From contig OY729431.1 in NCBI GenBank assembly GCA_963422395.1, positions 640,001 to 704,000 on the forward strand: 64,000 nucleotides of DNA, written 5' to 3'. Position 1 is the stretch's first letter; the number at the start of each line of letters is the position of its first letter. Made by a program: the position numbers and the translations under genes. Origin of the DNA: Vicinamibacteria bacterium (GTDB lineage: Bacteria; Acidobacteriota; Vicinamibacteria; Marinacidobacterales; Marinacidobacteraceae). Shown one piece after another: positions 17,701 to 28,221 of this stretch. The notes below the pieces were generated by a model. The model was not told where the DNA came from. It did no database searches and saw nothing but the letters and a program-made list of their open reading frames with translations.

Positions 17701-19005
17701 TCAGCCGCCGCGGGCGAGCCGGATGCCGGAGGCCTGCCAGCGGGCTTCGGGGCGCAGGAAGTTGCGGCAGGTCGCGCGGAAGCCGCCGGCCGGAGTGAGG
17801 CAGGAGCCGCCGCGCAGCACCATCCGGCCGAACAGGAACCGTCCGTCCGGTGCCGCGGCGGCCGCCGCGGGCGAGCGGAGAACCGAGCGGAAGCCGGGGT
17901 AGGGGAGACCGGCGCTGGCGGTCCACTCCCAGAGGTCGCCGAAGAGTTGGGCGGGGCTGGCTGCTCTACCCCCGATCGGACCGCCCTCCGCGGGGCTGGG
18001 ATGGAGCAGCCCGCTTTCCAGGAACGCTCCCCGGACGGGGCGGCCGGCCGCGGCCGCCTCCCATTCGAATTCGGTCGGCAGGCGGCTCTCCCGCCAACGG
18101 GCGAAGGCGTCCGCTTCGAAGAAGCTCACATGGCTCACCGGGGATTCGGGGGCGAGCGGGGCGAGCCCGCCGAGAGTGAACTCCTCGAAGCCGCCGCCCG
18201 CGCGTTTCCAGTAGAGCGGCGCTTCCCAGCCGTGCCGCCGCCGCGCCTCCCAGCCGTCGGCGAGCCACAGCGACGCCTCCCGGTAGCCCCCCTCCTCGAC
18301 GAATTCGAGGTATTCCCGGTTCGTCACCAGCCGGGAGGCGAGCTGGAACGGCGGGAGCAGCCGCGAGTGCCGGGGGGTCTCGCCCGCGAAGGCGAAGCTT
18401 CCTCCCCCATGACCGAAGGCGAGTTCGCCCCCGGCGAAGGAGACGAACCGCAGCGGCGGAGTCGGCGCCGGCGGCCCGAAAACGCCGGCGTCTCCGGAGG
18501 GGCGGTAGGCGGGCTGCCGCGGGTTCTTCCAGAAGAGGTGCTTCAGGTCGGCCAGCAGGAACTCCTGGTGCCGCTGCTCGTGGTGGATCCCGAGAAGCGC
18601 CGCGGCGGCTGTTTCCGCCGAGATCCCGGCCTCGAACGACGAGAGCACCGCCTCGTCCACCCGGCGCCGGTATCCGCCGACTTCGGCCGCCGTCGGCCGG
18701 GTGAGGAGACCCCGTTCCCGGCGGGGATGGCGGCGGCCGCCGCCGTTCGCCGCGCCCGCGCCGAAGAGCTCGCCGTAATCCGAAGCCGCCGGGGCGTAGC
18801 CGGTTCCGGCCTTCGTGAGGACGAAGGCCTCGAAGAACCACGAGGTGTGGGCGAGGTGCCATTTCACCGGGCTCGCCTCCGGCAGGGACTGCGCCGTCTG
18901 ATCCTCGCCGGTGAGCGGCGCGGCGAGTTCGTCCGTCTGCCGCCGGACGCGGAGAAAGGCGTCCCGAAGCGCTTCCGGCGTCATCGGGGGGTCTTCCGGC
19001 GTCAT
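17701..19005 (-). CDS. egtB: EgtB-like sulfoxide synthase homologue (DinB_2 + FGE-sulfatase fold), divergent active site
   Basis: SPVKWHLAHTSWFFE, HHEQRHQE iron-ligand motifs, VTNREY, LPTEFEWE, GDLWEWT, VLRGGS, GIRLA; start 19005 or 18984. Confidence 0.75.
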   Translation of the reverse strand: MTPEDPPMTPEALRDAFLRVRRQTDELAAPLTGEDQTAQSLPEASPVKWHLAHTSWFFEAFVLTKAGTGYAPAASDYGELFGAGAANGGGRRHPRRERGLLTRPTAAEVGGYRRRVDEAVLSSFEAGISAETAAAALLGIHHEQRHQEFLLADLKHLFWKNPRQPAYRPSGDAGVFGPPAPTPPLRFVSFAGGELAFGHGGGSFAFAGETPRHSRLLPPFQLASRLVTNREYLEFVEEGGYREASLWLADGWEARRRHGWEAPLYWKRAGGGFEEFTLGGLAPLAPESPVSHVSFFEADAFARWRESRLPTEFEWEAAAAGRPVRGAFLESGLLHPSPAEGGPIGGRAASPAQLFGDLWEWTASAGLPYPGFRSVLRSPAAAAAAPDGRFLFGRMVLRGGSCLTPAGGFRATCRNFLRPEARWQASGIRLARGG

Positions 19006-19078
19006 CGCGCTCCCGGCGCTCCCGGCGCTCCTGGGCGGCCCTCCCGGCATCCGCTGCCGGCCTCCGGTCGCCCGCGGG

Positions 19079-20314
19079 TCATTCCGGCGCCGGTTCGACC
19101 GGTCCTGCCGACGCGATCCGAACGCCGTCGGCCACCCGCTCGCCCGGATAGACGAGGACCTGGTCGCCCGCTTCGAGCCCGGCGAGGACCTGCGCTTCGC
19201 GCTGGTTGCGCTCTCCGATCTCGATCGTCCGCTCGCGCGCCGCGCCGTCCTCGACGCGGAACACCGCCCACTGCTCGCCCCGACGGAAGAGCGCTCCCAC
19301 CGGGACCTTCAGCTGCGCTTCGCGTTCCCAGACCACGACCCGGGCCTCCACCCGATACCCGTCGCCGAGACCGGGGCGCGTCGCGGCCGATTCGACGAGC
19401 TCGAGGACGACGAGCACCCGCTGTTCCTCGACACCGAGCGCGGAGATCTTGGTGAAGCCGGAGGGTTCGACGCGGAGCACGCGGGCGCCGAGCGGGCGGT
19501 CGCCGCCCCAGCGTTCGATGAGCGCCGGCTGACCGGCGCGGATCCGCACCGCGTCGGTCGAGAGATAGTCGGCGACGACTTCGAGTTCCTCCGGGTCCCC
19601 GACTTCGATCAGCGCCTCCCCCGCCGGCACCACGGATTCGCTCTCGCGCAGCCGGCGGAGCACCACCCCGTCCACCGGCGAGAAGATCCGGATCACCGCC
19701 GCCCCGCCCGCTTCCGATCCGGCGCGCCGCGCGTCGAAACGGAGCAGTCGGGCGCGGGCCGCGGTCAGGATGCCGCGCTGGTTGCGCACCGAGAATTCCG
19801 CCGCTTCGAGCGCTTCCTGGCGGATGTTCCGCTCCCGCTGTGCGGTTTCGAGCCGCTCTTCGGCGATCACTCCGGCTTCGAGCAGCCGCCGGAGCCGGTC
19901 GAGCGTGGATTCGGCCTGGGCGCGCTCTACCACCGCCTGCTGGTAGAGCGCCTCGGTCCGGCCGAGCCCGGCTGCCGCGGCTTCGACTTCGGCTTCGGTC
20001 TCGGCTCGGCGGCGCTGGTCGAGGAGCATCGGGGCGGCGGGCTGGAACGACGCCAGCACGCTTTCGTCGGCGAGCACCGGGTCTCCCGGTTCGAGCTCGA
20101 TGCGCAGGACGCGGCCTGCTACCGGGGCGGAGATCAGGAAGCGGTCGCGGACCCGGGTCTCGCCTTCTTCGTCGAGCGTCACCGTGAGCGTGCCGCGAAC
20201 CACCGGCGCGAGCTCCACCGCAACCGGGCGCGGCCGGGAGGCGAGGGCGATCAGGGCGGCGGCCGCGGCGCCCCCCGCGGCCCAGAGGACGAGTCGCCGT
20301 CTGTTCTTCATCAC
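19079..20314 (-). CDS. Efflux periplasmic adaptor (MFP/HlyD family)
   Basis: N-terminal TM; ISAPVAGRV and SPVDGVV lipoyl-like halves; coiled coil; FTKISALGVEEQRV. Confidence 0.88.
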   Translation of the reverse strand: MMKNRRRLVLWAAGGAAAAALIALASRPRPVAVELAPVVRGTLTVTLDEEGETRVRDRFLISAPVAGRVLRIELEPGDPVLADESVLASFQPAAPMLLDQRRRAETEAEVEAAAAGLGRTEALYQQAVVERAQAESTLDRLRRLLEAGVIAEERLETAQRERNIRQEALEAAEFSVRNQRGILTAARARLLRFDARRAGSEAGGAAVIRIFSPVDGVVLRRLRESESVVPAGEALIEVGDPEELEVVADYLSTDAVRIRAGQPALIERWGGDRPLGARVLRVEPSGFTKISALGVEEQRVLVVLELVESAATRPGLGDGYRVEARVVVWEREAQLKVPVGALFRRGEQWAVFRVEDGAARERTIEIGERNQREAQVLAGLEAGDQVLVYPGERVADGVRIASAGPVEPAPE

Positions 20315-20351
20315 GGGAAATCCTCCAGTCCGGCTTCTGCTCGGGAAGGGA

Positions 20352-22718
20352 TCACTCCCGGGTCTTCAGGACCGCGACCAGGTCCAGCCGATTCAATTTA
20401 CGGCGAACCACCAGCGCGGAGAGCGCCATGGCGGCCGCCACCGTCCCGGCGGCGGCGGCGAAGGTGCTCCCCTCGGCCGCCGCCGGCATCCGGAACAACT
20501 CGGTCTCGTACGCGCGCAGCATCGCGGCGAGCATCGAATAGCCCAGTGCGAGCCCGGCGGGGATGGCGGCGAGGGTCAGGATTCCCAGCTCGCCGAAGAG
20601 CACGGCGCCGATTTCGGCGCGGGTGAAGCCGATGACCCGCATACTGGCGAGTTCGCGGCTGCGCTCGGAGAGGGAGATGCGGGCGGTGTTGTAGATCACC
20701 CCGAAGGCGATCACGATGGCGAAGAAGAGGTTGACCGCCATGGTGTTGTCCATGTTCTCGGCGACGAAGGTCTCGAAGTTCTCGAGCATGGCGCGTCGAA
20801 GCGCCACTCCCGCCACCGCCGGCATCGCCTTGAGGTCCCGGTAGACCGCGTCCTCGGCGAGCGGATCGATCCGCAGGACCGCCCCGCTCATGGTCCCGGC
20901 GCCGCGGGCGAACCGTGCGAGGGCTTCGGGCTCCAGGTAGGCGGAAACGCCCATCAGGTCGTCCACCAGGCCGCTCACCACCATGTCCCGCTCGGGCCGC
21001 GCGCCGACGAGCGCCGCCACCCGCACCGTTGCCCCCGGCTGGACCGCGAGCCCCTCGGCCAGCTTGCGCGAGAGCAGCAACCCGGGCCGGTCGGGCCGGA
21101 GAGGTTGGTGGTCGGCGCCCAGCACCCGCTGCAGGCGGGCCTCCGGCGTAAGGGCCTGGATGCCCACTCGCCGGTCCCGGTTCCCGTTCTGGAGCCGGAC
21201 GGGGACGGTGTTCGCCGCCTCGACCTCGAGGATCCCCGGCAGCGAGGCGAGCTCGTGTTCCGCTGCCCGCCCTTCCGGCTCGACGAAGCGCACAGTGAGG
21301 TCCTGGCGCTGGACCACCTCGAACTGCAGCTCCATGAGCTCCTCGAAGGAATCCATGCTGGCGCCGGCCATCACCATGATGGCGGCGGAGAACGAGATGC
21401 CCACCACCGACATCGCGGCGCGCAGCGGGCGGCGGGAGATGTTTCTCGCGATCATGCGTGCCGGCGGCGAGAGAAAGCGGCCCAGGCCGAGCCGCTCGCA
21501 GAGCGAGACCCGGTAGGTCTCGGGAGCCGCGGGGCGCATGGCTTCGGCAGGCGGCAGCCGAGCGACGCTGCGGACCGCGGAGACGGCGCCGAGCACCGCT
21601 GCGCCGCCGCAGGCGAGAGCCGCGGCGAGGATGTTCCCCCAGCTCGCCTGGTACGAGAGCTCGGGAAAGCGGAAGTACTCCAGATAGAGCCCGAGCATCG
21701 CGTTGCTCAGCAACATCCCGCCGGAGATTCCCAGCGCGCCGCCGAACGCCGAGACCAAGAGAGCCCACTGGACATAGTGCAGCCCGAGGCGCAGGTTCGA
21801 GTAGCCGACCGCTTTGAGTACCGCGATCTGTTCGCGCTGCACCGAGACGGTGCGCCGCAGCACCACATGCAGCAGGAAGACCGCGATGCCCAGGAAGATC
21901 GTCGGCACCACGAGTGCCATGCCGCGCAGCCCCAGCAGCTCGTTTTCGAGGTACCAGTTCGAGACCTGCTGGCTGCGGGGGACCGCGCCGAGACCGCCGT
22001 AGGGCTCGAGGAGGCGGTCCAGCTCGGCGATCGCCGGGCGAGCCTCGGCGCCGTCCTCGAGCGACAGCGACACATCGTTGAAGCCGCCCTCCATGTCGAA
22101 GGCGGCCGCCAGGTGCTTCCTCGTGAGCCAGAAGATGCCGAAGCGCTTCGGATCGGGAAAGAGGCCGCCGCCGGCGATGGCGTACACGTACTCCGGAGAG
22201 AGCACGATCCCCACGATTTCGAGTTCCTGCCGCCGGCCGTTGATGACCGCCGCCACCTCGCTGCCGAGGTCCAGCCCGTGGGCCTCGGCGAAGCGCTCGT
22301 TGACCAGCGCTTCTTCGGCGCGCCGCGGATCGAGCCAGCGCCCCCGGCGGAGCGCCGTCTCGTTGAGGACCGGACGGCCGCTGTCGGGCATCGAGATCAG
22401 GCGGCCGTTCACCGGCTCAGCGGTGCCGGGAACATCGAGGGTGACCGCGACCGAAACCCGGGTGGCTGCCCGGTCCACTCCCGGCAGTTCCTCCAGGGCG
22501 CCGGCGAGCCCGTTCGGGGCGCGCTTCGCGCTCGCGAAGACATCCCCGAACCGGTAGCGGGCGTAGTACCGGTCGCGGGTGGTTTCGAGCGACTCGAAGC
22601 AGCCGAGCGACGCCGTGAGGAGCGCGACCCCGGAGGCGACGACCGCCGCGATGGCGAGCGCCAGCGAACGGACCCGCCACAGGTCGCGCAGCAGTTTGCG
22701 GTCGAGAGCGCGGATCAT
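20352..22718 (-). CDS. ABC transporter permease (double MacB/FtsX type)
   Basis: [10 protein letters not shown] start; repeated [13 protein letters not shown] / [14 protein letters not shown] FtsX motifs; multiple TM helices. Confidence 0.9.
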   Translation of the reverse strand: MIRALDRKLLRDLWRVRSLALAIAAVVASGVALLTASLGCFESLETTRDRYYARYRFGDVFASAKRAPNGLAGALEELPGVDRAATRVSVAVTLDVPGTAEPVNGRLISMPDSGRPVLNETALRRGRWLDPRRAEEALVNERFAEAHGLDLGSEVAAVINGRRQELEIVGIVLSPEYVYAIAGGGLFPDPKRFGIFWLTRKHLAAAFDMEGGFNDVSLSLEDGAEARPAIAELDRLLEPYGGLGAVPRSQQVSNWYLENELLGLRGMALVVPTIFLGIAVFLLHVVLRRTVSVQREQIAVLKAVGYSNLRLGLHYVQWALLVSAFGGALGISGGMLLSNAMLGLYLEYFRFPELSYQASWGNILAAALACGGAAVLGAVSAVRSVARLPPAEAMRPAAPETYRVSLCERLGLGRFLSPPARMIARNISRRPLRAAMSVVGISFSAAIMVMAGASMDSFEELMELQFEVVQRQDLTVRFVEPEGRAAEHELASLPGILEVEAANTVPVRLQNGNRDRRVGIQALTPEARLQRVLGADHQPLRPDRPGLLLSRKLAEGLAVQPGATVRVAALVGARPERDMVVSGLVDDLMGVSAYLEPEALARFARGAGTMSGAVLRIDPLAEDAVYRDLKAMPAVAGVALRRAMLENFETFVAENMDNTMAVNLFFAIVIAFGVIYNTARISLSERSRELASMRVIGFTRAEIGAVLFGELGILTLAAIPAGLALGYSMLAAMLRAYETELFRMPAAAEGSTFAAAAGTVAAAMALSALVVRRKLNRLDLVAVLKTRE

Positions 22719-22734
22719 CGAGGGAAGGCCGCTC

Positions 22735-23466
22735 TCACCAGCGGATCGTCGCGGCGCCGCTCCGGGTGTCGTTCCATCGTTCCTGGGAGATCCGCCCGTC
22801 GGCGAGCGAGATCACCCGGTCGGCGATGGCGGCGATGGCGGCGTTGTGGGTGATGATCGCGGTGGTGGCGCGGTACTCGAGGTTCACCCGGCAGATCGCT
22901 TCGAGGACCTGGATTCCGGTGCCGATGTCGAGGGCGCCGGTGGGTTCGTCGCAGAGCAGCAGGTCGGGCCGTTTCACGATGGCGCGCGCGACCGCTACCC
23001 GCTGCTGCTCGCCGCCCGACAGCTGCGAGGGAAAGTGGTCCGCGCGCCGAGAGAGCCCCACGATGTCGAGGGCCTCCGCGGCGGGGAGCGGATCTTCCGC
23101 GATCTCGGTCACCAGTTCCACATTCTCCCGGGCGGTGAGCGAGGGAATCAGGTTGTAGAACTGGAACACGAATCCCACCCGGCGCCGCCGGTACTCGGTC
23201 AGACTCTTCTCGTCGGCGCGGGTCAGGTCCCGATCCCGGTAGTGCACCTGCCCGGAAGTCGGGACATCCAGCCCGCCGAGGATGTTCAGCAGGGTGGACT
23301 TGCCGCTCCCCGAAGGGCCGAGCAGGACGGTGAATCCGCCCTCGGCGAAGTCGAGGCTGATCCCGCGGAGCGCCCGCACCTCGACCTCCCCCATCCGATA
23401 GACCTTCGTCACCTCCCGCAAGGAGACCGCCGGCGACCCGTTCGCCGCGCCGCCGCTGCTCTTCAT
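22735..23466 (-). CDS. ABC transporter ATP-binding protein (LolD/MacB type)
   Basis: [39 protein letters not shown]; ATG at 23466. Confidence 0.92.
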   Translation of the reverse strand: MKSSGGAANGSPAVSLREVTKVYRMGEVEVRALRGISLDFAEGGFTVLLGPSGSGKSTLLNILGGLDVPTSGQVHYRDRDLTRADEKSLTEYRRRRVGFVFQFYNLIPSLTARENVELVTEIAEDPLPAAEALDIVGLSRRADHFPSQLSGGEQQRVAVARAIVKRPDLLLCDEPTGALDIGTGIQVLEAICRVNLEYRATTAIITHNAAIAAIADRVISLADGRISQERWNDTRSGAATIRW

Positions 23467-23671
23467 GGCCTGATCCTGCTTCGAGCCTCGGCGTCCGTCG
23501 GGGCCGTCCCGGCGCCCATTCTCGCCCATCCGCCCGAGGGAACGCGAAGGCCCGCACCGCGCCGAGGCGGATAGACTGACGCCGAGGGGTGGTTTCGGGG
23601 CAAGGGCCGCGTGCCGGTCTTCGCGTTCGGCTCCTGTCCTTTCTGCCCGCAAGGCGTGGTCCGCCGAAGGA

Positions 23672-23805
23672 GATCGGACGAGAAGGTTTGCTGCGAGGTC
23701 AACGGGGAGCCGCAAACCGTGGGTCGCAAGACAACGGTGGAGGAGGTCCTGAAGAATGCGGGCGCTGCCGCCTCGATCGAGGTCGAGGAGCTCGATAATT
23801 TTACG
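23672..23805 (+). pseudogene. Ubiquitin-like (multi-ubiquitin/beta-grasp) domain fragment
   Basis: [30 protein letters not shown] resembles a beta-grasp N-terminus (xVNG...TVEExL); no start codon after the AAGGAG; no C-terminal Gly-Gly; abuts ThiF gene. Confidence 0.45.
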
Positions 23806-24787
23806 AAGGGTGCACCGATCGCAGCAGCGGACGGTCTCCACTTGGGGCGAAGCGTCGCAGGAAGCTCTCGCCAGCCTGCGAGTCGGCGTGGTGGGCGTCG
23901 GCAGCGTGGGCTCGCTAGTCGCCGAGACGCTCGCTCGGATAGGAGTCCGCCGGATCGCGCTCTTCGATGCTGACCGGGTGGAGACCGGAACTGCGGCGCG
24001 GTGGACTGGACCGCCTGACCGCCTGCTCCACGCGAGCGAGCGCGATGTGGGCCGCCGCAAGATCCTGGTAGCGGCGGCGCGGCTGCGGCAGAGCGCCACC
24101 GCCGCGGACTTTCGGGTGGAAACGCACTGCGGCCGCATCGAGGAGCGGAGTTCCTACCTCGCCGCGCTCGATTGCGATCTGCTCTTCGCCGCCGTGGACC
24201 GACCGCTCCCGAAGGACCTGGTGAACCACCTCGCCTATGCCCACTGCATCCCGGTGATCTTCGGCGGCATCTACGCGGCCGCGAAAGCGGACGGCACGCT
24301 GGGGCAAGCGTCCTGGAGCGTGTCCGCCGCGAGCCCCGGCCAGCGCTGTCTCCGCTGCGACGGCCAATACACCACCTCGGAGGTGGTCATGGAGCGCGAC
24401 GGCTCGCTCGACGATCCGACCTATGTGCGTAACCCGGCTGGTGAAGCGCCGCTGTCCGCCGGGCAGAATGTCTTTCCATTCGCCGCCAATCTCGCGAGCC
24501 TCATGACGCTCGAGCTGGTCCGCATGGTCGCCGACAGGGACTGGTGGCCGAAGATCGGCGGAAAACTGGGATTCCACCTGATTCCGCGCCAGCTCACCTG
24601 GGCGTCCGCCCGCTGCCTCGATCGCTGCGCGGTCCGCCCGAAGACGGCCCTCGGCGACGCCGCGCCCTATCCGATGCTTCGGGAGATGCCGCGGCGCCCC
24701 GCACGCCTCGTCGCGCTGGAGGATCGCGCCCTCCGAGCGAGGAACTTCCTGCGCCGCATCGTCGGTGCGAAGAGGACGACCCGATGA
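23756..24787 (+). CDS. ThiF/E1-like adenylyltransferase, probably N-terminally truncated
   Basis: [30 protein letters not shown], Zn-type CLRC and CLDRC; first ~18 residues look non-homologous. Confidence 0.75.
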   Translation: MRALPPRSRSRSSIILRRVHRSQQRTVSTWGEASQEALASLRVGVVGVGSVGSLVAETLARIGVRRIALFDADRVETGTAARWTGPPDRLLHASERDVGRRKILVAAARLRQSATAADFRVETHCGRIEERSSYLAALDCDLLFAAVDRPLPKDLVNHLAYAHCIPVIFGGIYAAAKADGTLGQASWSVSAASPGQRCLRCDGQYTTSEVVMERDGSLDDPTYVRNPAGEAPLSAGQNVFPFAANLASLMTLELVRMVADRDWWPKIGGKLGFHLIPRQLTWASARCLDRCAVRPKTALGDAAPYPMLREMPRRPARLVALEDRALRARNFLRRIVGAKRTTR

Positions 24788-25759
24788 TCCACCCCCGGAG
24801 CCTCACCCTGGAGAATGTACGCGGCTTCGCCGGCCAACAGACCGGCCAGGTCCGCCGGGTGACGCTCCTCGTCGGCGAAAACGGCGCCGGCAAGTCCACT
24901 TTCCTGGGCTGTTACCAGGCGTTCGCGCGGCTTGGTTCCTTCGCCGCGCTGGACGACCGGAACTACTTCGACGACCCGCCCTTCCGGATGGGTCCGTTCT
25001 CCACGATCGCCGGTGGTGAGGCCCGTCGGTTCGCGATCGAGGGCGGCTTTCACGATGGCTGCCATGAAAGCCTCCGTCTCGAATACCGAGCGGGGTATCC
25101 CGAGCCCGGCCCCTATCCGGAGGAAGGCTCGCTCGCTGTTCGGTTGCCGGGCGCGGCCGAACCGTTCCGGGTCATGCGGCTCGGGCACGGCGGTGATCCG
25201 GATCGGTGGAGAGTGGAGGGGCCCGGCTTTCGGTTCGACCTGGACTCGGCCGACATCTCTTACCGGCAGTTCAGCAGCTGGATCTCGCGGTCGGTCCGCC
25301 ACGGGCTTCTGCCTTTCCTCGGCAATCCCAGCTCGTTTCGCAGATGTCGGCTACGGAGTGCATGCCGTCCTGCCCCTGCTCGCCGCGATGTGCCGCGCTG
25401 GCGATGCTGCGGCCTTCCTGCTGCAAGAGCCCGAACTGCACCTCCATCCGGCGGCGCAGGCGGATCTCGCCACGCTCATGGCGAAGGGGAAGCAGCATTT
25501 CCTGATCGAAACCCACAGCGAGCACTTCGTGGATCGGTTCCGCATCGAAGCGATGCGCGGCGGCATGGACCCCGAGGACTTGCAGATCCTCTACTTCGAG
25601 AAGGCGGCGGACGGAACGGGCTCGAAGATCCACGACATCGGCGTCGACGGAAACGGCAATCTGAGCGGCGCCCCGCGCGGCTACCGGAGGTTCTTCCTGG
25701 AAGAGGCGGATCGACTTTTCTTCGCCAGGCCCGGAGATTCTCGACCAGGAGAGTCGTGA
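24784..25759 (+). pseudogene. ABC-type (AAA_15/AAA_21) ATPase copy 1, internal deletion with frameshift near 25340
   Basis: Walker A GENGAGKST in one frame; ADVGYGVHAVLP, LLQEPELHLHP, IETHSEH in another frame ending at TGA 25759. Confidence 0.75.
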
Positions 25760-26784
25760 TGTGCGTGCGAACGATCGTGGATACCAACCTGCTCGCGGAA
25801 GTGACGGGGCGGGACCCATCGGGTTCTTTCGGGAACCTGCACCGATGGATCGTTCGCGGCGACGGACGGATCCTGTACACCGACGAAGCGGGATTTCGGC
25901 AGGAGATGGACCGGGCGGGAGAGAGCTGGCGGCAGCTTCTGTTCCGGTACCGCCAGAATGCCCGTATGGAGCTGGCCGATGCCTCCGAGGTAGAGGATGC
26001 GAAACAGAAACTCGATTCGATCTCCCGAAAATCCGGGGAAAACGACCTTCCCCTGCTCGCCTTGGCCGAGGCGGCAGTGGAACAGGGCGTCATGTCCGGC
26101 ACGCTCGCTGGGGCGCCGGTCCGATCCCGCCCGAGACGGACCTACGACGCGGCCCCCGGGCTACGGACCGCGGAAGGCGAAAGCGTTCCGCAGCGCCTCG
26201 CCGATCTGAGCGCCGGGAGCGATGCGGAATGGAAGGAACTCCGGAAGAAACTCGTGCGGTTCGGCGAGGCTTCCGGTCTCTTCGACGAGGTCGAGGTCCG
26301 GCGTCTGGGTGGGAACGACAGTGATCCGTTTCAGATTCGGGTCCGAAAGTTCGGCGGCACGCTCAAGGGGCCGTGGCGCAACCTGAAGGATGTCGGCTAC
26401 GGAGTCAGCCAGGCGTTACCGATCCTGGTGGAGATCATGAACGGGAATCCATCGCGGGTGTTCCTGTTGCAGCAGCCTGAAGTACATCTGCATCCGCAGG
26501 CTCAGGCTGCGCTCGGATCCCTGTTTCTCGAGGCGGCCGCCGAGGGGCGGCAGCTCTTGGTGGAAACCCACAGCGACCCTTTGCTCGATCGCATCCGGAT
26601 GGACATCCGCGACCGCAAGACGACGCTTCGGGCCGAGGATGTGAGTCTCCTCTACTTCGAGCGCGAAGGCCTGGGAGTCCGCATCCATTCCCTCGGTTTC
26701 GACGAGCAAGGCAATGTCCGCGGCGCCCCGGACAGCTATCGCAGCTTCTTCCTCCGGGAAACGGAGCGACGGTTGGAGCTGTGA
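25759..26784 (+). pseudogene. Deletion chimera: PIN-like domain fused in frame to C-terminal half of ABC ATPase copy 2
   Basis: RBS AGGAGAG; MCVRTIVDTNLL...FRQEM...NDLPLLALA (PIN-like), then from ~26075 APVRSRPRRTYD...DVGYGVSQALP, LLQQPEVHLHP, VETHSD; no Walker A. Confidence 0.7.
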
Positions 26785-26787
26785 TCC

Positions 26788-26916
26788 ATGTGCGCAGTCC
26801 TCGATGCCAACATCGCCGGGGAACTCTTCGATCTCGAACGGAAACCGATTGCCGATCGCTTCTTCACCTGGATGACGGGCCGGGGCCGCGCCGATCTCTG
26901 CTTCGACTGCGGCTGA
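26788..26916 (+). pseudogene. Truncated second PIN-like gene
   Basis: Manual translation MCAVLDANIAGELFDLERKPIADRFFTWMTGRGRAD...*, paralogous to the 25759 N-terminus. Confidence 0.65.
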
Positions 26917-26989
26917 TCCGAGGTGGCGCCGGCTTGCTCGGTCGGCGCTCCTCGGCGGTCGGGATATCCGGGGAGGAGCGGGTGCCGAC

Positions 26990-28195
26990 TCAGGACATGA
27001 GCCCTCGGCTTCGCCAGTCGTTCGATAGGAAGCGAGTCATGAAGTCATCGAAGAGCGGGACGGTGAACGCCGTATCCCCGTGATTGGGACTCCACACCAT
27101 TCCCTTGGCGATCAACTTGCTCCGGATCGGTGCGGCAGCGGTCACGGGTCTGCCCAGTGTTTTCGCGATGTCGCCCGACCGATGCGGTCCGGCGCCCAGT
27201 TCGGCCATGGCCCGGAGATACCGCCACTCGGAAGGCGTGAGCTGATCCACGCGAACCCGAAAGAATCCCTCGTCGAGGGCGGTCCTCGCTGCCGAAGAGG
27301 CGCTTTCCACATCCTCGAGACCGATGGGCGGCGCTTCGGCGGCGTTCCAGGCCTGTTTCCCCCATTCCTGCAAGAAGAATGGATAGCCCTTCGTTTCTTC
27401 GAAAATTCTGCAGAACGCATTCTCGGAGATGTTCGCTCCCTGATCCAGCACCGGCTTTTCGATGGCGCGCCGCGCTGCCTCTCGATCCAATGGTCCGATG
27501 AAGGGGAAGTCGAACAACCGCTCCGCATAGGATTTCGCCCGCCCGGTGCGGGCCCGCAGCGTGGGCAGTCCAGCGCCCACCATCGTGACCGGCTTCTCCT
27601 GCTGCGCAGTACGGTGGAGAGCGGTGATGAGGGCCGCGAGTTCGCCTTCTTCCACATACTGCAGTTCGTCGAGAAACAGAACGAGCGCGGTGCCCGCTTT
27701 TTGCGCCGCCTCTGCGGCAGCGAGCAGAAGCGCGGTCAGATCCTGTTCGAGATCGCCGTTGTCCGCGAGTCCCGGTTCCGGAGCGAGGTCGGGGTCGAGG
27801 CTGATCTGGATGTCTCCGTACTGCACTTTCAGTGCGCGCACGAAACCCGCCAAAGCCCGAAACGCTCGACGCGTCTGGTGCGAGAGCCCGTTCTTGGAGA
27901 GTTGCAGCAGAACTCCACGGAGCTGAGGCGTCAGCATGGCGGGCAGGGAGCGGTTCTCCGCCGCCTCGACATAGAGCGTCCGGAGTCCGGCAGCCTGGGC
28001 TTCCTTCTCCATCCGAACGAGCAATACGGTCTTCCCGACCCCCCGTAAACCGACCAGGAGCACGCTCTTGGCTGAACGGGCGATCCGGATCCTTTGCAAA
28101 GCGACCCGGACCCTTTCCCGCAGTTCGTCCCGTCCGGCCAATTCCGGAGGCGGGGTTCCTGCCCCCGGCGCGAAGGGATTGGAGATCGGATCCAT
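26990..28195 (-). CDS. AAA_16-type P-loop ATPase with probable C-terminal winged helix
   Basis: NPFAPGAGTPPPELAGRD, Walker A GLRGVGKT, Walker B FLDELQ, SYAERLF, GYPFFLQ; SGDIAKTLG...RSKLIAKG wHTH-like tail. Confidence 0.85.
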   Translation of the reverse strand: MDPISNPFAPGAGTPPPELAGRDELRERVRVALQRIRIARSAKSVLLVGLRGVGKTVLLVRMEKEAQAAGLRTLYVEAAENRSLPAMLTPQLRGVLLQLSKNGLSHQTRRAFRALAGFVRALKVQYGDIQISLDPDLAPEPGLADNGDLEQDLTALLLAAAEAAQKAGTALVLFLDELQYVEEGELAALITALHRTAQQEKPVTMVGAGLPTLRARTGRAKSYAERLFDFPFIGPLDREAARRAIEKPVLDQGANISENAFCRIFEETKGYPFFLQEWGKQAWNAAEAPPIGLEDVESASSAARTALDEGFFRVRVDQLTPSEWRYLRAMAELGAGPHRSGDIAKTLGRPVTAAAPIRSKLIAKGMVWSPNHGDTAFTVPLFDDFMTRFLSNDWRSRGLMS

Positions 28196-28221
28196 GGATC
28201 GGCCTGCTTCTCTCTTGGAGA

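Noticed and set aside
16990-22853. Long plus-strand ORFs (821, 571, 917 aa) and similar antisense ORFs throughout
   Set aside because: They mirror well-supported genes on the other strand and lack motifs; expected in high-GC DNA
22735-24138. N-terminally extended ABC ATPase overlapping ThiF
   Set aside because: Extension is the antisense reading of the ThiF/Ubl region; ATG 23466 gives a normal-length protein
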